From a virus (Duplodnaviria; Caudoviricetes), in IMG/VR virus record IMGVR_UViG_3300035498_000371, positions 160,001 to 224,000 of that record: a stretch of 64,000 bases of DNA, one strand, 5' to 3'. Of this stretch, positions 47,349-57,170 are shown piece by piece (the first letter of the stretch is position 1; each line of letters starts with the position of its first letter). Below the pieces are notes generated by a model, which saw nothing but the letters and a program-made list of their open reading frames with translations, was not told the DNA's origin and made no database searches. A program made the position numbers and the translations under genes.

Positions 47349-48140
47349 ATGGAATCACATATTATTTTTATAATTTTAAGTTGCATTATAACAATTATAG
47401 CTCTCGTTATCGCCGTATTTATTATCCTTGGACTGGATAAGAAAAATTCAAATAAACTAAAAGAATCTACGCAGAAAGATATGAATCAAATCCGTGATGA
47501 AATCATCAAAATGGAGCAGCGATTTGTTGAAGAGATTCAGGGACTAGCTCTACAGCAAGAAGAGCATAATTCGAGTGCAAGAAAGAAGGACAGAGATCTA
47601 TTTAATACCTTCGTAAAACTTCGTGATTCGATTAAAGAGAACTGCATGAATACTATGCACGATACTAAGGCATGTAGATTGGCTGTATATTTATTGCATA
47701 ATGGTAGTAGTTCAACTCATGGTGTAAGATTCTTCAAAATGTCTTGCATTTGTGAGAAAGTTGCAATTGGTAGTGGGATTAGAGAACAGTCAATAGAGCA
47801 TTCCAACATTCCTATCAACCTGTTTGATGATATGGTTGAAAAACTTATAAACGATGGGAAATATATTATTGTAAATGACGATGAATTAAATAATCGTAAT
47901 TGTAGAATATTTATATCTGCTCAAAAAATTAAATATTCTCAAGCTGTTGCTATATTCGATCTGAATAACAATATACTTGGGTTTGTACTTGCAGAGATGG
48001 ATCATCCTTACGATAGGGATATAGCTCTACAGGAAAAAGAAAAGATTGATGTTTTTGTAAATCAGCTGGTACCAATACTATCATATTCGGAATATGTTGA
48101 AACAGCAATAGAAAGGCAAGAGGATGCGCAGCACGAATAG
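47349..48140 (+). CDS. TM-coiled-coil-GAF-like protein
   Basis: N-terminal TM, coiled coil, ACRLAVYLLHNG...AIFDLNNNILGFVLAE. Confidence 0.55.
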   Translation: MESHIIFIILSCIITIIALVIAVFIILGLDKKNSNKLKESTQKDMNQIRDEIIKMEQRFVEEIQGLALQQEEHNSSARKKDRDLFNTFVKLRDSIKENCMNTMHDTKACRLAVYLLHNGSSSTHGVRFFKMSCICEKVAIGSGIREQSIEHSNIPINLFDDMVEKLINDGKYIIVNDDELNNRNCRIFISAQKIKYSQAVAIFDLNNNILGFVLAEMDHPYDRDIALQEKEKIDVFVNQLVPILSYSEYVETAIERQEDAQHE

Positions 48141-48215
48141 TGCTGTGCTCCTTTGTTTTGATTTGACATTCTGGAAGACATTTTAGTAAAATTTACTCTA
48201 TGGAGGTGTTATGTA

Positions 48216-49472
48216 ATGGCTATTATATATAGAATAAACAATAGTGACGATACAGATAAGCAAGTACCATCTAAGGCTTATGTGGATAGTATCGCTAAGC
48301 AAATTCTTGATGTTATTGTAGAGCACAATAATAATTCTTCTGCTCATGATTCATTAATCAAGATTAAGAATTATAGCGTTGATACTAAGTCTTGTACAGT
48401 AGAAGATTTTCCATCTTTAGTATCAGATGAACCACAAGAGATTACTCCTGAGGATATTAAAACTGATGCTAACAATGGATTCATTTCTCAGGCTACGCTT
48501 ATGTCATTAAAAGAGAAACCTACTCTTCTTGAAGTTAAGCAGATGGTAAATAATGCTAAAGAAGATGTTGCATCAACAATGCAGTCTAGATTCGATGAAA
48601 TGCTTAATGCTCAGGATGCTATGGAAAAGATTAAAATCTTAATAAATGCAATAAAAGAAGATAGTACTTTAAACAGCCTTCTTCAATCTATTGCAGATAA
48701 GACAGATAATAGTATTTTTGAAGAGCATATTAAAGACGAGATGCATCTTACATCTAATGACAGAAAAGCATTAAATGTGTTAATCCAATTATCTAGATTA
48801 GGATTTGCTGATTGGAATGCCACTGCTGATGATATTAATTTTATACAGAATAAACCTACAAAGCTTCCTGCAGATGGTGGTAATGCAGATAGTGTTGGAG
48901 GATATACTGCAGATAAATTAATTAATAAATCCTCATCTGATCTTGTAATTGGTATAGATAATGGAAGGTACAGTCCATCTCAGGTTGATTTGTTGATTGA
49001 ATCTGATTATTCTAATCTTACTGAAGTGGCAGAATTCATATCAAACAAATTCTGTGGCAAGATCGATCTGCGCCCAGGATATTATCCTTTCAAGGCTCTT
49101 ACCATATGCTACGATAGATCTGTAAAGGATTACGATACAATTATTACTGGTGCTGGTAATAATACAGTAATTCATAATTGCGAGAATTTTATCGTAAATC
49201 AGCGAGTAAAATTAAAAGAGATTTGTTTCGAGTCCTCAGACGTCCATATTGGGTCTAACTGTAACATTGAAGGATGCGAATTTAGCGATTGTAATATATA
49301 TCTAGAGGCCTCGGTGTCGACTACCATCACAAACTGCTATTTTAAAGATTGCACATTCATATTCATCGCTAATTGTACGAGCAATATTATATCTTATAAT
49401 CGTTTACTTAACGTCCAAGGATTTAAATATATCGGAAAGAATAATATTATCGCCAATAATATTACATTATAA
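48216..49472 (+). CDS. Tail fibre/spike with C-terminal beta-helix
   Basis: SKAYVD, HNNNSSAH, ADWN..FIQNKP, ADGGNADSVGG, LRPGYY, ITGAG, and parallel beta-helix repeats. Confidence 0.65.
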   Translation: MAIIYRINNSDDTDKQVPSKAYVDSIAKQILDVIVEHNNNSSAHDSLIKIKNYSVDTKSCTVEDFPSLVSDEPQEITPEDIKTDANNGFISQATLMSLKEKPTLLEVKQMVNNAKEDVASTMQSRFDEMLNAQDAMEKIKILINAIKEDSTLNSLLQSIADKTDNSIFEEHIKDEMHLTSNDRKALNVLIQLSRLGFADWNATADDINFIQNKPTKLPADGGNADSVGGYTADKLINKSSSDLVIGIDNGRYSPSQVDLLIESDYSNLTEVAEFISNKFCGKIDLRPGYYPFKALTICYDRSVKDYDTIITGAGNNTVIHNCENFIVNQRVKLKEICFESSDVHIGSNCNIEGCEFSDCNIYLEASVSTTITNCYFKDCTFIFIANCTSNIISYNRLLNVQGFKYIGKNNIIANNITL

Positions 49473-49494
49473 AAGCAAAAGATACAGCAGAACC

Positions 49495-50847
49495 CTAAAT
49501 ATGGGTTCTGCTAGTATTTGTGTCTAATTCATCAATATGCTTTATTGTTTCCATAATATAACCATTATCACAGTATATTCCGATAACAAGAACTTGATTG
49601 GTTAATTTACGATTTACATGCATGATTAAATTATTCCAATCAAATGTATAACCACATTCTTCTGCATCATTAAACACTTTGAAGTTCATGAACAGGTAAG
49701 GATTCAAACTCATATCAAGAGTATATTTAATTACTCTTTCTATATCAGTTCTATCAAACTGCTCTTTGAAATCTATATCGATTTCTGTTCCTAAATCTGT
49801 TTCATCGACTTCATACTGGACTGGTTCTGTGGTGATCATCTTCCAATGATTCTCATCCTCTGTAGGAACATCAGTCTTGGCTGATTGCATTATGCAAATA
49901 TAATGCTTATTAGGATCTATAGGAGCTGCTTTATGAATCCAATTCTGTTCCTGCTGAGAATAATAAGTATAGCAATACGGAGCAGTCATTTCTATGGTTA
50001 CTCCAAAATCTATATTATAATTAGTCATAAGCATATCCTGACGCTCACCATCATCTCCGTTAGGAAAATCAGATTTAATATGAGCTACACAATCTGGTAC
50101 TTTGATGAAATATTCATTATTTCCTGTAGAGCATCTTAGCTTATATAAGAATGGAATTAATGAATGAGAATTAAGATATTTAAGCATTTCTGAACTATCT
50201 ATTGGAGTTCCATCATCATACATCTTAATGCCATTATCGAATGCTATCTGAGATATTATTCTCTTTGGTACATGGACATCTAAAGATAATTCTCTGGTCT
50301 CTGTCATGCCAGCACGATGCTTAAATTTGATGAATTCCATCATATCTAACTCTTCAGCTTTAGTATCAAGTCTTATTTTATAAGTAAACTGCATTAAGAT
50401 AGTCTTAAACTGAATCTGTAGATGCAATCCTCTATTATGGCGAACATCTTCGAAGAATGTGCCTTCCATTCTACTTCTTCTCATCATCATATTAAGCTCT
50501 GGATTAGTATCAATCCATTCTCTATTATGAGACATATCTATCGTAGGGATTATGGCAAGCAAAGGATTAGAATGCTTCAATTGAGCATTAATATCTGAAA
50601 ACTTCCTAAATTCATCAAATGTATGCGATCCTTCAACATAAACTGAATTAAAATAATGATCTCCAAATTTCTCTAAGAACCATTCTTTAGCAAACTCCGT
50701 ACAAATAGAATAGGATGAATATTGTGATGGCAGAGTAACGCTAGATAATAAAGTTCTTTCTGTAAACTTTTTATTTAAATCATCTGGAGTTATTGGTCGT
50801 AATCCTTTAACATCAGAAGCATTAAAAGACTTAAATTCCTGAGACAT
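49495..50847 (-). CDS. Hypothetical, probable virion structural protein
   Basis: 450 aa; promoter at 50871-50883 (minus). Confidence 0.4.
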   Translation of the reverse strand: MSQEFKSFNASDVKGLRPITPDDLNKKFTERTLLSSVTLPSQYSSYSICTEFAKEWFLEKFGDHYFNSVYVEGSHTFDEFRKFSDINAQLKHSNPLLAIIPTIDMSHNREWIDTNPELNMMMRRSRMEGTFFEDVRHNRGLHLQIQFKTILMQFTYKIRLDTKAEELDMMEFIKFKHRAGMTETRELSLDVHVPKRIISQIAFDNGIKMYDDGTPIDSSEMLKYLNSHSLIPFLYKLRCSTGNNEYFIKVPDCVAHIKSDFPNGDDGERQDMLMTNYNIDFGVTIEMTAPYCYTYYSQQEQNWIHKAAPIDPNKHYICIMQSAKTDVPTEDENHWKMITTEPVQYEVDETDLGTEIDIDFKEQFDRTDIERVIKYTLDMSLNPYLFMNFKVFNDAEECGYTFDWNNLIMHVNRKLTNQVLVIGIYCDNGYIMETIKHIDELDTNTSRTHI

Positions 50848-50917
50848 AATTATTCACATCCTTTCTGGTTTTAATTTTATGTCTTTCGACAACAAAAAAA
50901 TAATATATTAAGAAACA

Positions 50918-50940
50918 CGGTAACCCATAATGGGTTACCG
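50918..50940. terminator. Terminator hairpin
   Basis: CGGTAACCCA-TAA-TGGGTTACCG downstream of minus-strand gene 50952. Confidence 0.7.
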
Positions 50941-50951
50941 CTATATGTTTT

Positions 50952-51224
50952 TTATAATACTGCTCTGCTTAAGAGAGTAATTCTATCTGACGTGTGTTCA
51001 AGCAGCTCCCAAAACATTCCAATTTTAGGATCTGGTTTGTCATTTAATACCTCTTCGTTAGCCACAATATAGAGCCAGAATAATGTAGCATTTTCGTTAT
51101 CTTGCTCTATAAATTTAATAGTTCCCTCGTTTGTTATTCCTGGATCAACTTGGTCTACAATTTCAACCACGTCTCCAACTCTCCAATCAATTTGTTCAAA
51201 TACGTATTCTCCTATAGGTGCCAT
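50952..51224 (-). CDS. Small SH3/KOW-like hypothetical protein
   Basis: WRVGDVVEI...GTIKFI; AAGGAG SD. Confidence 0.45.
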   Translation of the reverse strand: MAPIGEYVFEQIDWRVGDVVEIVDQVDPGITNEGTIKFIEQDNENATLFWLYIVANEEVLNDKPDPKIGMFWELLEHTSDRITLLSRAVL

Positions 51225-51238
51225 ATTTCATTCTCCTT

Positions 51239-51676
51239 TCACATTTTAAATATCCATTTTCCGCCGTCTTCAATATTTACTTGCGTTAATGATTTTCCCG
51301 ACGCATGTGAAATTTTTAATAGCTCCATCATGTTCTCGTTTATCATAAATGCTCGTAGTTTACTTTCATCGAAAACAGCTATGTCTATTGATACTACTAT
51401 TTCATCTTCTGGTATTTCTATCACTGTAGTATTATGGCATTCATAATAACCAATGAATCTATCTGATAAAACAAGACTTGTTTGATTGAAATCATGTGGA
51501 TAATTAAATAAGCATTTTATTGCTCTTTTATATGCCGTATCTGGTCTGAGAAATTCTAAATTTGTATCTATATCAAAATAAACCAAATCGTCAGACGATA
51601 ATGAGAACCCAGTCATATTTGTATTATCATCTGTAACTTCCACATAACTTATAACAATTTTTGGAATATCATTCAT
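51239..51676 (-). CDS. Hypothetical protein
   Basis: AAGGAG SD. Confidence 0.5.
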   Translation of the reverse strand: MNDIPKIVISYVEVTDDNTNMTGFSLSSDDLVYFDIDTNLEFLRPDTAYKRAIKCLFNYPHDFNQTSLVLSDRFIGYYECHNTTVIEIPEDEIVVSIDIAVFDESKLRAFMINENMMELLKISHASGKSLTQVNIEDGGKWIFKM

Positions 51677-51753
51677 TTTAAATACTCCTTTCGCAAAATA
51701 TAAGGGAGCACTTTAGTAGCGCTCCCTCATACTTATATATTTGGGTCGAGATT

Positions 51754-52227
51754 TTATTTCTTACGCTTATGACCATTATCAACGATCTTGCACATCTGTA
51801 CAGTATCATCGATAACTGCTCCTGCTAAATGAGCCTGAGCAAATGTCATGTAATCAAGCATCATAAGCATATTATGAAACTCATTTGTAGCATAGAGCTT
51901 TGCAGCATACTCATTATTACGATGAATATTATAAAGCATCTCAGATGTATTATCTGGAAGTGAACCTGCATATTCGCCTTCGCTCTCCCACATATCGCTT
52001 GTAAGATACTGGAAGTTTGGCATTGCAGGATCTCTCTCTACTACATTCGTTGGTAGCCGTTGTTCTTCTGCATCGTCATCTACTAATGTAGGATCATCAA
52101 CCTCAAATGTTCCATCACCTAAAGCTTTGACTGATGCATTAGGATCGAACTCGCTAAGTAATTCAGCGAGTTTACCTGCTGTCCCTGTTTTTGTTTCGTT
52201 GTTTGGCGCAATTATAAGTTTTGCCAT
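51754..52227 (-). CDS. Hypothetical protein with C-terminal VQMCKIVD tag
   Basis: SD; lies directly downstream of the RNAP beta' gene. Confidence 0.5.
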   Translation of the reverse strand: MAKLIIAPNNETKTGTAGKLAELLSEFDPNASVKALGDGTFEVDDPTLVDDDAEEQRLPTNVVERDPAMPNFQYLTSDMWESEGEYAGSLPDNTSEMLYNIHRNNEYAAKLYATNEFHNMLMMLDYMTFAQAHLAGAVIDDTVQMCKIVDNGHKRKK

Positions 52228-52244
52228 ATTTCATTCTCCTTTCG

Positions 52245-52469
52245 TTATTCAATTGCCTGAAGCATTTTGATTCTCTCAACTTGCTCAGGCGTATATTCGC
52301 AAAGCGATTTTAACGCATTTGCGTTTATGATTACATCTCTTGAAAATAGCATATCTGAATTGCATCTGCCATCATTTCGAGATATAAACATCCGTCTTGG
52401 CGATAGCACATTATTTGCTATCCTAATAAAGTCCTGATTATACAGGTAGAGAATATTTAAAGTATCTCC
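52245..52469 (-). CDS. RNAP beta' N-terminal subunit, exon 3
   Basis: Starts GGA GAT (GDTLNIL), completing ADFD|GD; later LSPRRM. Confidence 0.9.
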   Translation of the reverse strand, partial: GDTLNILYLYNQDFIRIANNVLSPRRMFISRNDGRCNSDMLFSRDVIINANALKSLCEYTPEQVERIKMLQAIE

Positions 52470-52923
52470 CAACTCATTCACTAGGGTCGTTAATCCTAGC
52501 AGTTCTCTTATGAACTTCTTCGGTTTTTCTCCGAATGTTTAGATCATATCTTCATCCTTAGCTTTACCTATTAGGATGCCTTCCACTTCGATTTAAAGGA
52601 TTTTCACCTACTCACTTGAGCCCTACTCCTGTTGCGCTTATTTTTTATGCTGCTTGAGCGCCCTCCCACGGGGATGATCGTTGAACTTTATTTTAGTATA
52701 ATTTATTTATACTAAAACCTTAGATGCTGATTGTACATTGTTAATAGGCCTTAGCACCAATTATTTTACAATTGGCTTTTATTTCAGCATAGCCCATCTC
52801 TGTACTTTGTTTCTATCTTTCGATTCTCATGTATAATAATGAGCACCAGAGCATTAGTACTTCCCAGCAATTCAAAAGGAAAGCTCGCACTATATTATCT
52901 ATAATACGAGGACAGATTTGTTT
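52470..52923 (-). ncRNA. Group I intron (ORF-less, 454 nt) inside the catalytic ADFDGD motif
   Basis: Exon ends in U (GAT), intron ends in G; P7 GAUCAU/AUGAUC; removal restores ADFDGD in frame. Confidence 0.92.
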
Positions 52924-53301
52924 ATCGAAATCTGCAGCTAATATCTTTAATATGAGCAATGATACAGACATTGTATAATCCATATTAATACCCACAACAT
53001 GAACCGCTAATACGCCGCCATACGATATGGTCGGATTTCTATTTATCAGTACCGGTAGTCCATTTTCTGAATCTTTGATTAAACCATCTATAATATCATA
53101 GACAGCCTGATCATTACCTGTAATCTGTGCTTTAAACCACTTCTTATATGCTTCTGCATAAGTAATATTATAACTTCTTACGAGTATATTTATAATTACC
53201 TGCTGAAGCAATTCACATAATCCATGGAATGGTAATTTTACCTGATCGCATTGAAGCGATACATCTTGCTTAATAACAGATCTGCTACTAAATGCATACC
53301 T
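52924..53301 (-). CDS. RNAP beta' N-terminal subunit, exon 2
   Basis: RYAFSSRSVI...LINRNPTI...AADFD (126 codons). Confidence 0.9.
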
Positions 53302-53754
53302 CGGTTTCTTCACATAGGTCGTTAATCTATGCAGTTCTCTTATGAACTTCTTCGGTTTTTCTCCGAATGTCGAGACTATATCTTCATCCTTAGCTTTACC
53401 TATTAGGATGCTTAACCACTTCGATTTAAAGGATTCTCACCTACTCACTTGAGCCCTACTCCTATAGACGAATTTCACGTCCCATATGGGGATAGTCGTT
53501 GAACTTTATCTCTGCATGAATATATTTAAATCATACTTATGAGATCTTAGCTGCTGATTATACATTGTTAATAGACCTTAGCACTAAGTATGTATGATAT
53601 TATACTTAGCTTTTATTTCAGCATAGCCCATCTCTGTACTTTGTTTCTATCTTTCGATTCTTATATTTCTATAAGCTCCAGAGCATTAGCACTTCCCAGC
53701 AATTCAATTAAGTTTAATTCTCAATATTCCTATTGAAAATGGGCTAATCATATA
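53302..53754 (-). ncRNA. Group I intron (ORF-less, 453 nt)
   Basis: P1 GGGU|UA...UAGCCC with U-G at the splice site; P7 GACUAU/AUAGUC; terminal G; joins AIGG|RYAF. Confidence 0.92.
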
Positions 53755-54747
53755 ACCCCCTATAGCAGATCTTATATCGCCTCTTTTCTTAGCAAGCATC
53801 TCTTTAATTTCAAGATAGACGCTATTTAACTGATACTGAATATCATAGAGAATGCTAAGTTTCTCTTTCTTTTTGTTATCCATACGAAGCTTATCTTTGT
53901 TGCATCTATAAACAAGATTAGCAAGCATATTAAACTGCTCATTACAAGCCTCATACTTCAATGAACCATCATCGATTCTAGATGGTCTTAACAGACTGGA
54001 ATATACAGAAATGGTATGCGTAAATGTGATAGGTCTCATAGCCATAAGATCATCATAATATAATTTTTTCTGCGGATATTTAGATAGATAGAACGCTAAA
54101 ATTTCCTCATACCTTTCCTTAAATTCCATTAATCCAATTCCCTTAAACGGTTCATCTTTTTTTGTCGATATCGTAGGAATAATAGCTCCATTAGAATCTA
54201 CATCAACTATAGGTTCAATAATCCTATTAAGCCTAGCAGCTCCTATAAAGCCTTCGAGGGTACGATAAATATTAGGGTGAATGATCCAATATTTGTCTTT
54301 AAGAACAAGATAACCAGTGATGGAAATATCATCACCTACATATCTAACTCTAGATTCACATACGTCACACCATTCACCATGGTTAATAGACCCTCTCTTG
54401 ATACCACAATTGCAACGATACAATCCATTAAATGAATCTACATCGGTAATTGAGTTTGAACCATAACGATAAGAATAAATACCATCCTGGTTCTTGATGT
54501 CTTTCTTGATACCTCTTGGAGCAGAGATTATAAATCCCTTACCAGATTTGATATCATCGGCTCTTCTCTGATCAAGATTGATTCGATTCAGATAAGTCTG
54601 AAACTCATAATCGTCGCTGTATGGATACGTTAGTACGATATTCATACTATCTTCTTCTAACGCTTCTTTACCAGCGGTATAGATGGGCGCCGAATTACCC
54701 TGACGCTCAGCTTGCGTCTTAGGTAACATTTTGTTGCTATCATCCAT
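53755..54747 (-). CDS. RNAP beta' N-terminal subunit, exon 1 (spliced product 531 aa; probably non-virion RNAP)
   Basis: Zn-binding YRCNCG...CDVC, LRPS, KRGDIRSAIGG. Confidence 0.9.
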
Positions 54748-54800
54748 GTATTAAACCTCCTTGCTGTAAAATTGTTAATATATGAATGTATTCTGGCTAA

Positions 54801-55298
54801 TTATTTTCTAGAAAGCTCATTAGCCATATTGAACACTTTCATTCCATTACGGTTTATCGGTGATATAAATACCTTAGAAAACTCTAACTGGGTATAGAAA
54901 GATAAATCAATGAATCCTGCGTCCATAAGAATCTTTGATTGTCTGTCGATTACCTCATCGAATGGCAATTCTTTCTTACCAATCTTTTCTTCCTCTGATA
55001 CTTCTTCCGCCTTCTCATAATAGAATTCACTTCTAGGAAATTCTTCAAATGATACATAAGCCTGAGCTATTACTACAATACCATTTTCGATAGAACTCCT
55101 CATAAGTAATTCAACCTGCTCTTTAATTACCTTCGGGTCGTTGTTGAAATTATACGGATCAATGCTTACTAAAACAGCATTCTCCAATCCAACCGTTTTC
55201 ATAACTCCAAAAATATCCTGGACTCTGAATGGATAATTGTTAATTTCTTTAGAATCTGGATTTTCCGTAACTCTCCATAAGTTAGCTTTTAAATGCAT
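54801..55298 (-). CDS. Hypothetical protein
   Basis: GGAGG SD; 165 aa. Confidence 0.5.
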   Translation of the reverse strand: MHLKANLWRVTENPDSKEINNYPFRVQDIFGVMKTVGLENAVLVSIDPYNFNNDPKVIKEQVELLMRSSIENGIVVIAQAYVSFEEFPRSEFYYEKAEEVSEEEKIGKKELPFDEVIDRQSKILMDAGFIDLSFYTQLEFSKVFISPINRNGMKVFNMANELSRK

Positions 55299-55368
55299 AA
55301 TGCTTTACCTCCATTTATTTTATATTATAGCTTGCACTACACTTTTATATTATATTATTTCAAATAGA

Positions 55369-55397
55369 ATTACCGGTAGGAATAACCTACCGGTAAT
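55369..55397. terminator. Terminator hairpin after nrdG
   Basis: ATTACCGGTAGG-AATAA-CCTACCGGTAAT. Confidence 0.7.
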
Positions 55398-55401
55398 ATT
55401 T

Positions 55402-55905
55402 TTATGAAGTATATAATTGTATTTCTCCAGATGATAGAGTTGCTTTAACATCTATAACTCTCTGATTTGTGCTGCCAGCCCATTTATATTTTTGATCTAA
55501 TAATTCTTTTACAAATGGACCATCAACTACAACATCGCATAATTCAACGATTTCTCGACGTTTATCATTTTGCTGAATTGATTCCCATGTATATCCTGTA
55601 TAGAGCCATATGGTCTTTTCAGGATATGCGGTTCGTACTAATGAGACAAGAAATTTAATGCCATCAAGATTGAATTCATGAAGCGGGTCGCCTCCAGAGA
55701 ATGTTATGCCGTCTATATAGTCATTATTTAAGCACTCTAATATCTCATCCAACGCATCAGTGTCAAATTTAACTCCTGAGTTCGGATCATGGGTCTGAGG
55801 GTTATGACATTCTGGGCAATTATGAGTGCAGCCAGATACAAATAATACTACTCTCAGCCCATCTCCATTTCTCATATCCTCATGCATTATCGTATGATAA
55901 TTCAT
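55402..55905 (-). CDS. nrdG: Anaerobic RNR activating enzyme
   Basis: NGDGLRVVLFVSGCTHNCPECHN, FSGGDP, YTGY, VDGPF, GSTNQR. Confidence 0.95.
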   Translation of the reverse strand: MNYHTIMHEDMRNGDGLRVVLFVSGCTHNCPECHNPQTHDPNSGVKFDTDALDEILECLNNDYIDGITFSGGDPLHEFNLDGIKFLVSLVRTAYPEKTIWLYTGYTWESIQQNDKRREIVELCDVVVDGPFVKELLDQKYKWAGSTNQRVIDVKATLSSGEIQLYTS

Positions 55906-55922
55906 AATACTATCACCTGCCT

Positions 55923-56288
55923 TTATGTGTATGATCTGGAAATTCTCTCTATACAATCTGCTGGAGAACTCCCATCCCATAAAGGAGCTCTTTCGAGCTC
56001 CTTACATTTAAATTTATCCCAGTATTCCATTTGATAATGGTAAGTTGCTTGTCCTTCAGGAGTACTGATGCCTACAATGAAATATCCATCATACATGCTT
56101 CCATCGCTATGCTGTTTAGATTTCCAGGAGTTGGCGCTATAAACGTTTACTAACGCTGCAAATAGAACCATTCTATGATAATATAATTCTTTGAAAGTAT
56201 GATCTCCATCTGATACATTATCAAAATTGTCTTGAGTTTTCATTATATGGATATTTCTATCCATCAAAGTTTGATCTACCATATTCAC
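55923..56288 (-). CDS. WDGH-like phage protein
   Basis: SDGDHTFKELYYHR, WKSKQH, GQATYHY, PLWDG. Confidence 0.65.
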   Translation of the reverse strand: MNMVDQTLMDRNIHIMKTQDNFDNVSDGDHTFKELYYHRMVLFAALVNVYSANSWKSKQHSDGSMYDGYFIVGISTPEGQATYHYQMEYWDKFKCKELERAPLWDGSSPADCIERISRSYT

Positions 56289-56306
56289 TTTCTCCCACTT
56301 ATCTAT

Positions 56307-57170
56307 TTACATAGATACTCTTTCTGATATTTCTGCTAACTTACCTTCATTGTACCTGCTCTTATTCTTGATTCTGGTATATCCGATATAGCCATTCATT
56401 CTGTCTATAATGGTTAGATTAGTACTACCACATTTAGGGCATACTTTCATCTCTACCTGTTCATGACCGCAGTCTTCGCAATAGCAAAGCTCAAGATTAC
56501 AACCTTCGTAGAAACCATAACGCATCGCTCTTCTAACAATAGTCTTCTGAGCTTTAGCATTGTAATCAATCGGATAACGACAGTATTGAATTTTACCGCC
56601 ATTAAACAAATCCCAGAATCTACGTTCATAATCCTGTTTCTGAATAGGGGTAATATTCTCCCACACACCACAATGGAACGAATTAGACATATATGCATGA
56701 TCTGTAACTCCTTCTACATCGCCAAACATATCTCTGAACTGGGTAACCTGTAAGGAACATAATTGTTCTCCAGGTGTAGCATAGGTAGCGTATAGAACGC
56801 CATCTTCTTTTTTAAACTGCTCTTCTTTCTTGTTTATATATTCCATTACTTCTAATGCAAACTGCCCATCTTCTATAATAGATTTTCCATTATATAATTG
56901 CTGCAATTCATTTAAACCTACTATACCAAATGAAACAGTCATTGGTTTGAGAAGATCTTTAATCTTTTCATCGGCTTTTAAATGACCGCCAAGACATCCG
57001 CCCTGCATAAACATCATTGGATTTGTACTGGCAACTTTATTGCCAAAATAATCTATAGTTTTAAGATGTAATTTTCTAATAAGCTCCAAATAATAATCAA
57101 GAACTTCATAGAAATCTTTTCCTTCTTTTCTTGCTTTAGCAAGAATCATTGATAAGTGTAGAGAAATTGC
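56307..57170 (-). CDS. nrdD: Class III ribonucleotide reductase, exon 3
   Basis: AISLHL, YATPGE, SNSFH, CEDC...CPKC, glycyl-radical loop RMNGYIG. Confidence 0.93.
   Translation of the reverse strand, partial: AISLHLSMILAKARKEGKDFYEVLDYYLELIRKLHLKTIDYFGNKVASTNPMMFMQGGCLGGHLKADEKIKDLLKPMTVSFGIVGLNELQQLYNGKSIIEDGQFALEVMEYINKKEEQFKKEDGVLYATYATPGEQLCSLQVTQFRDMFGDVEGVTDHAYMSNSFHCGVWENITPIQKQDYERRFWDLFNGGKIQYCRYPIDYNAKAQKTIVRRAMRYGFYEGCNLELCYCEDCGHEQVEMKVCPKCGSTNLTIIDRMNGYIGYTRIKNKSRYNEGKLAEISERVSM

Noticed and set aside
52813-52923. KQICPRIID read-through as another copy of the MC tag, and the track ORF ends at 52813, 53704 and 58590
   Set aside because: These are translations of intron sequence past the 5' splice sites, not part of the mature proteins
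54801-55298. Chimallin (phage nucleus shell) gene upstream of the non-virion beta'
   Set aside because: The gene at that position is only 165 aa, far shorter than ChmA, so there is no evidence for a nucleus in this window
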